NCBI GenBank assembly: GCA_965200245.1
Contig: CBDATS010000005.1
Location: 672,001-736,000, forward strand
Source of the DNA: a bacterium
GTDB taxonomy: Bacteria > UBA8248
Direction: 5' to 3'
DNA length: 64,000 bases
Shown: piece after piece, positions 59,792-64,000 of the stretch
Layout of the letters: the number at the start of each line of letters is the position of its first letter
Position numbering within the stretch: the first letter of the stretch is position 1
Translations under genes and position numbers: made by a program
Notes under the pieces: model-generated
The model's input: only the letters and a program-made list of their open reading frames with translations
Database searches by the model: none
What the model was told of the DNA's origin: nothing

Positions 59792-60550
59792 GTGAGAAGG
59801 CAATTTTTCAGGCATTTTTACGATACGGAGGAAGAGGTCGAAGCCAATGCGAATCGAAAATTCCACATCCCGAGAGCACTTTATGAATGGTTGTATTGGG
59901 CTGAGGCTGTACCCGACGCTCCTGATCTGTCAAACCTAATGAAAATACAAGAATCTCTTTATGAGAAATCTCATGCTCCTAAGACTTTTAATGAATTCAT
60001 GAAATGGGTGGAGAGTCAGCCCAGCACTCCTGATCTGTCCCATCTTAGAAAGGCATATATTGAGGAGGCGGAGGATCCGGAGAGTTGGATTGGGTACAAA
60101 AATGAACTTTCAAATTGGTTGTATTGGGCTGAGCGTTTACCAGGTACCCCCGATCTGTCAAACCTAAAGGAAATACTGTCAGTATCTCTTTATGAGAAAT
60201 TTTACGAGGACAAGTTTTTTGGTGAGTTCATGGAATGGGTAGTGAGTCAACTCAACACCACTGATCTGTCCCGTCTTAGAGAAGCATATAAAGAGGAAAT
60301 GGCGAATCAGAAATACATCGCATCTAAAAAAATCTATGAATGGCTACTTTGGGCAGAGGATGTACCAAGCACCCCCGATCTATCAAACCTAAAAGAAACA
60401 CAAGAATCTCTTTATGAAGAATCTCTTTATATGGGCTATAATGACTCGAAGACTTTTGATGATTTCATGGAATGGGTAGAGAGTCAGCCAGATGCTCCTG
60501 ATCTGTCCCACCTTAGAAAAGAATATCAAATCCAATCGGACAAAAAATAA
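59792..60550 (+). CDS. Hypothetical protein with three ~75-aa tandem repeats (W..W....P..PDLS.L)
   Basis: Protein and DNA repeats (TGGTTGTATTGGGCTGAG, GATCTGTCAAACCTAA, GATCTGTCCC) at about 59881, 60113, 60335. Confidence 0.75.
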   Translation: MRRQFFRHFYDTEEEVEANANRKFHIPRALYEWLYWAEAVPDAPDLSNLMKIQESLYEKSHAPKTFNEFMKWVESQPSTPDLSHLRKAYIEEAEDPESWIGYKNELSNWLYWAERLPGTPDLSNLKEILSVSLYEKFYEDKFFGEFMEWVVSQLNTTDLSRLREAYKEEMANQKYIASKKIYEWLLWAEDVPSTPDLSNLKETQESLYEESLYMGYNDSKTFDDFMEWVESQPDAPDLSHLRKEYQIQSDKK

Positions 60551-60589
60551 GTTTTAGAGATGGGATAATTAAGAAAAACTGGTTTGGAC

Positions 60590-61829
60590 GAGTTACTGTC
60601 AAATCCGGTGTACGGCCGTCCCGAGTCCGGCGGCCTCCCTGCCCGTTTCGTTTTCCTTCACCCCATCGGTGAACCTCACGTCGGCGATCACGTCTGCCAG
60701 GCAGTGGAAGCCGTTCAGCCTGCGCCACCGCTTCTGCGCACTCATGGCGAGCCGGTGCACGGGACCGGGCGCCGTCCTCCCGCTCAGGCAGTTCCCCGTC
60801 TTCGCCGTACACAGCCGGATGGTGGCGAAGGTCGACTCGCGGGGATTCGTCGTCCGCAGATGCCTCCGGTGGGCTGCGGGGAAGTCGTGGAAGGCGGGCA
60901 GTTCCCCGCGGTCCCCCGCCAGGCATTCCGCAACCCTGGGATACTTCGCCTCCCGGGTGGCGGGGAAGCGTTCGAACGCCCCGTGCGCGTTCCGCCGGGT
61001 GTCGGAGCGCCATATCCCGTGCAGCATCGACTTCGCCTCCTCCTGCACGCGTCCGGGCATCCTGTCGGGCACGTTCGCCGTCCTGTGCACCCGGCAGCGC
61101 TGTCCCCGGGTCTCGGGATACACCTCGGCCAGGGCCGACCGGAACCCCGGCCCCCCCGTCGCCCACCGCCGGCCCTGCCGCCTTCACACCCCGGTCCCTT
61201 GAACTCAGAAGAACAGCCTTCCAGCTCTCCCTCGACTCGCGGAACCCCGCCTCCAGGGCCAGGAAGTGCCTGCGACCACGCGTGTCGCAGCCCACTGCCA
61301 CCAGGAGACACCTTCTCTCCCCGCTGCGCACGTTCACGCAGATCCCGTCCCCTCCCCGGTCGCGCTCGCGCCACTGGGCGTACCCGCGTTCCCGGCCCTC
61401 CTTCAGCCGCGCAACCGTCGCCGGGGACAGGCCACGCGCCGACCCGAAGTCGTTCGTTGACACCCCCTTGCACCGGAACCAGGGAATCACCGCCTCCACA
61501 CGCCCCGTCTTCTTCAGGCAGGGGGGCAGCAGCTCCGGGCGGAAGCACCGGCCCGCGGCGACCCCGGGCGTCGCGCGCGGCCTCGTGCTCCTCCGGGAAG
61601 TCCCGCAGTTCCGCCTCCACCGCCTGGCGGATGATGCGCTGCGCGCCCGCGCGCAACAGTTCACTCAGTTCGTCCCGAAAGGCTGGATTCACGAAGGGAA
61701 CCGTCGTATCTTCCTGCATGGTGGTGCATCTCCTCCTTGCTGAATGACCGGGCTTCCAACAAACCCGGTTCAGCAGGAATGCGCCGCCTTCTTCAATTCA
61801 GCCCCATACACCAGATCCGACAGTAACTC
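60590..61829 (-). mobile_element. IS256-family insertion sequence with degenerate transposase
   Basis: 26-bp TIRs GAGTTACTGTC(AA/GG)ATC(C/T)GGTGTA(C/T)GG (22/26); 9-bp target duplication GGTTTGGAC at 60581-60589 and 61830-61838; motifs KGVST.DF, VGDG, QRC..H, LRTTNP.ES split across frames from ATG 61719. Confidence 0.92.
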
Positions 61830-62138
61830 GGTTTGGACTTTTGCATATAATTCTCAATCAATGGGATAGGATCGCAGGGTGATCACCATGCACGGTCAAA
61901 CTCTTTTACGATTATGCGCGACAAGCCCAGTAAACCTCCGGCAAGGTCTTCAAAACGCGGCCAAGGACGAGTAATGAACTAGTTCTTGGTTTATTCGTCG
62001 AAAGTTGAACCCGCGCGCTGGACATATTCATGCAACAAATTGCGGAAGAAGACAGCCTCGCCCTGCGGACACCTATCGAGCGAGCGATCAAGTAGAACCG
62101 ATTATATTCCAGCCGAAGACTCCGGCAAATAACCTGCC

Positions 62139-62648
62139 CTATTCCCCGTCCAACTCGATGTTGTCGTAATCGGGTATAGCACCCATGCCCTTTTTGGCGG
62201 CCATGGATTTGCGCTCGTACTCCATCACGAGTTCTCCGCGTTGGTTATAGGCGCGCGTCTTGATAGTGACGATGCCTCGATCGGGTCTGCTCTTCGATTC
62301 GCGCTTGTCGAGTATTTCAGACTCGGAATAGAGCGTATCGCCTGCAAAAACGGGAGCGGGCATCTTGATGTAGGTCCACTCCAAGTTCGCCACCGAACGG
62401 TAGGATGTGTCCGTAACCGTCATACCGGCCACGACGGCCAGCGTGAGCGCCGAATTGACGAGCGGCTTTCCGAACTGGGTCTTCGACGCATAGTGGGCGT
62501 CAAAATGAATCGGGTGGGTGTTGTTCGTCAGCAGGGTGAACCAGGTATTGTCCGATTCGAGTATGGTGCGACCCGGCCTGTGCTTGATCACCTCGCCCAC
62601 TACGAAATCCTCATACCAGCGTCCCATCTGAAAATCAGGCATTTTCAT
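62139..62648 (-). CDS. MaoC-family dehydratase
   Basis: GRWYEDF, GRTI..DN, NTHPIHFD, PVFAGDTL, SKSRPDRG. Confidence 0.9.
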   Translation of the reverse strand: MKMPDFQMGRWYEDFVVGEVIKHRPGRTILESDNTWFTLLTNNTHPIHFDAHYASKTQFGKPLVNSALTLAVVAGMTVTDTSYRSVANLEWTYIKMPAPVFAGDTLYSESEILDKRESKSRPDRGIVTIKTRAYNQRGELVMEYERKSMAAKKGMGAIPDYDNIELDGE

Positions 62649-62740
62649 TATCCTCGTGATACGCCTGTCCACCCTATTGGCATGAACCGGCGACAGATAC
62701 TCGCTTTCGGATGTAGATTCCTTCCCCTTTCATCTACCCA

Positions 62741-63892
62741 CTAGGCGGGAAATTGTTCCAGAAGCCTCTTGGCGATGATCAGGCGCTGAATCTCGTTCGA
62801 ACCCTCGCCCACCACCAGGAGCTTCGAATCCCTGAAATAGCGCTCCACGGGCAACTCCTGGATATAGCCCATGCCACCGTGCACCTGGATCGCCTCGCTC
62901 GCGCAAAACTCCGCTGTCTCGGACGCGAAGAACTTGGCCATTCCGGCTTCCAGGTCGCATCGCTCGCCCTGGGCCTTCAAGTTCGCCGCGTGATACGTCA
63001 TCAGCTTCGCGGCGTGGATGCGCGTTCCCATCTCGGCGAGTTTCGCCTGGATTAACTGATGCCCTGCCAGCGGCTTGCCGAAGGTCTCGCGCTGTTGGGC
63101 GTAGCGCATCGAATCCTCGAAGGCCGCGCGGGCGAGCCCCACGCTTCGTGCCGCCACGTTGACGCGCCCGCCCTCGAGGGCGCTCATAATCATCGGAAAT
63201 CCCTCGTTCTCTTGACCGAGCAGATTTTCAAGCGGCACGCGCGCGTCCTCGAATACGAGTTCACTTGTGCGGATGCCTCGGTAGCCCATTTTCTTGAGAT
63301 GTCGGCTCACCTGAAAACCGGGCGTTCCCTTGTGGACGAGGATACAGGAGATACCCTTCGCCTTGGGTTTTTCGGGGTCGGTGCGCGCGAACACGCTGAA
63401 CATCGTGCCGTGCTCGGCGTTCGAGATGAACATTTTGGAGCCATTCATCACCCACTGATCGTCTTCGCGCACCGCACGCGTCTTGAGTGCAGCTGCGTCG
63501 GAACCAGAACCCGGCTCGGTGAGCGCCATGCCCGAGTGCCACTCGCCGGTGGCCATCTTGGGGAGATAGGTCTTTTTCTGCTCCTCTGTTCCGTAGTTGA
63601 GTAGCATCCAGGCGGTCATCATATGCGTACCCAAAATGCCTGCCACGCTCATCCAGCCGACTGAGAGTTCTTCCATGGCGATGGCGTAGCAGACCTCATC
63701 TATGCCGCTCCCGCCGTATTCCTCAGGTATCGTGAAGCCAAAATACCCGAGTTCCTGCATCTTCTCCACAACGGGCGTAGGGTATTTGTCTGCGAGTTCG
63801 TACTCCATGGCGATGGGCATAACCTCGCGATCCACGAATTCCTTCATCATCCTCTGAACGCTCGTCTGTAGTTCGGTGAACTCGAAATGCAA
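62741..63892 (-). CDS. Acyl-CoA dehydrogenase
   Basis: IPEEYGG, ALTEPGSGSD, NGSKMFISN, RETFG, QVHGGMGY, GEGSNEIQR. Confidence 0.95.
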   Translation of the reverse strand: MHFEFTELQTSVQRMMKEFVDREVMPIAMEYELADKYPTPVVEKMQELGYFGFTIPEEYGGSGIDEVCYAIAMEELSVGWMSVAGILGTHMMTAWMLLNYGTEEQKKTYLPKMATGEWHSGMALTEPGSGSDAAALKTRAVREDDQWVMNGSKMFISNAEHGTMFSVFARTDPEKPKAKGISCILVHKGTPGFQVSRHLKKMGYRGIRTSELVFEDARVPLENLLGQENEGFPMIMSALEGGRVNVAARSVGLARAAFEDSMRYAQQRETFGKPLAGHQLIQAKLAEMGTRIHAAKLMTYHAANLKAQGERCDLEAGMAKFFASETAEFCASEAIQVHGGMGYIQELPVERYFRDSKLLVVGEGSNEIQRLIIAKRLLEQFPA

Positions 63893-63937
63893 TGTACGCT
63901 CCTTCCTGAAATCGAGCGAGTAAAGTTTATCGAGACA

Positions 63938-64000
63938 TCAAATCACCCCGTCGCGGCGCAAATCCGCCACATCGTCCGGAGAATAGCCGAGAGCTTCCAG
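63938..64000 (-). CDS. C-terminal end of probable CaiB/BaiF CoA-transferase (truncated by window)
   Basis: LEALGYSPDDVADLRRDGVI-stop matches the typical family III CoA-transferase tail; context fits. Confidence 0.6.
   Translation of the reverse strand: MEALGYSPDDVADLRRDGVI

Larger units (their letters stand above)
59250..61855. mobile_element. Putative non-autonomous IR-bounded cassette (IS1595-like ends) with passenger genes and nested IS256
   Basis: GGGATTTATATACAAAAGTC (59250-59269) vs reverse complement of 61836-61855 GAGAATTATATGCAAAAGTC, 17/20 identical; AT-rich interior; no target duplication seen. Confidence 0.55.

Noticed and set aside
59881-60520. DNA repeats as possible CRISPR array
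   Set aside because: Period about 225 nt, in-frame coding, degenerate repeats, no cas genes
60584-61747. 387-aa + strand ORF in the IS
   Set aside because: Antisense shadow of the GC-rich degenerate transposase
1-64000. tRNA, rRNA, tRNA-Sec or CRISPR arrays
   Set aside because: No cloverleaf, rRNA-like sequence or repeat-spacer array seen by eye; tRNAscan-SE/Infernal would be definitive

Overview
GC-rich (roughly 60% by eye) bacterial chromosomal segment dominated by catabolic and transport genes: TRAP/TAXI and ABC binding proteins, Gfo/Idh/MocA oxidoreductases, amidohydrolase, sulfatase, three MBL-fold hydrolases, an enolase-superfamily enzyme, a ThDP decarboxylase, tandem CocE/NonD hydrolases, and acyl-CoA dehydrogenase/MaoC/CoA-transferase. 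It also carries a cobalamin uptake operon (btuB-F-C-D-tonB) behind two tandem cobalamin riboswitches, argH-lipoprotein-lysA-dapF, dapB, and an ECF sigma/anti-sigma/periplasmic His-rich module. The gene mix and scattered pseudogenes resemble a host-associated (e.g. sponge-symbiont) heterotroph, but this is inference only. Main signals missed by the ORF track: (1) a likely AhpD/CMD-family selenoprotein (CxxU, in-frame TGA at 14864-14866 with a SECIS-like hairpin) coupled to an amidohydrolase; (2) an AT-rich, inverted-repeat-bounded, transposase-less cassette (59250-61855) carrying an unrecognised tandem-repeat protein, with a decayed IS256 (9-bp target duplication) inserted at its right end; (3) strong apparent AT-to-GC transition bias in that IS256; (4) tandem B12 riboswitches with a possible small ORF between them. 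All family assignments come from motif recognition by eye, not database searches.
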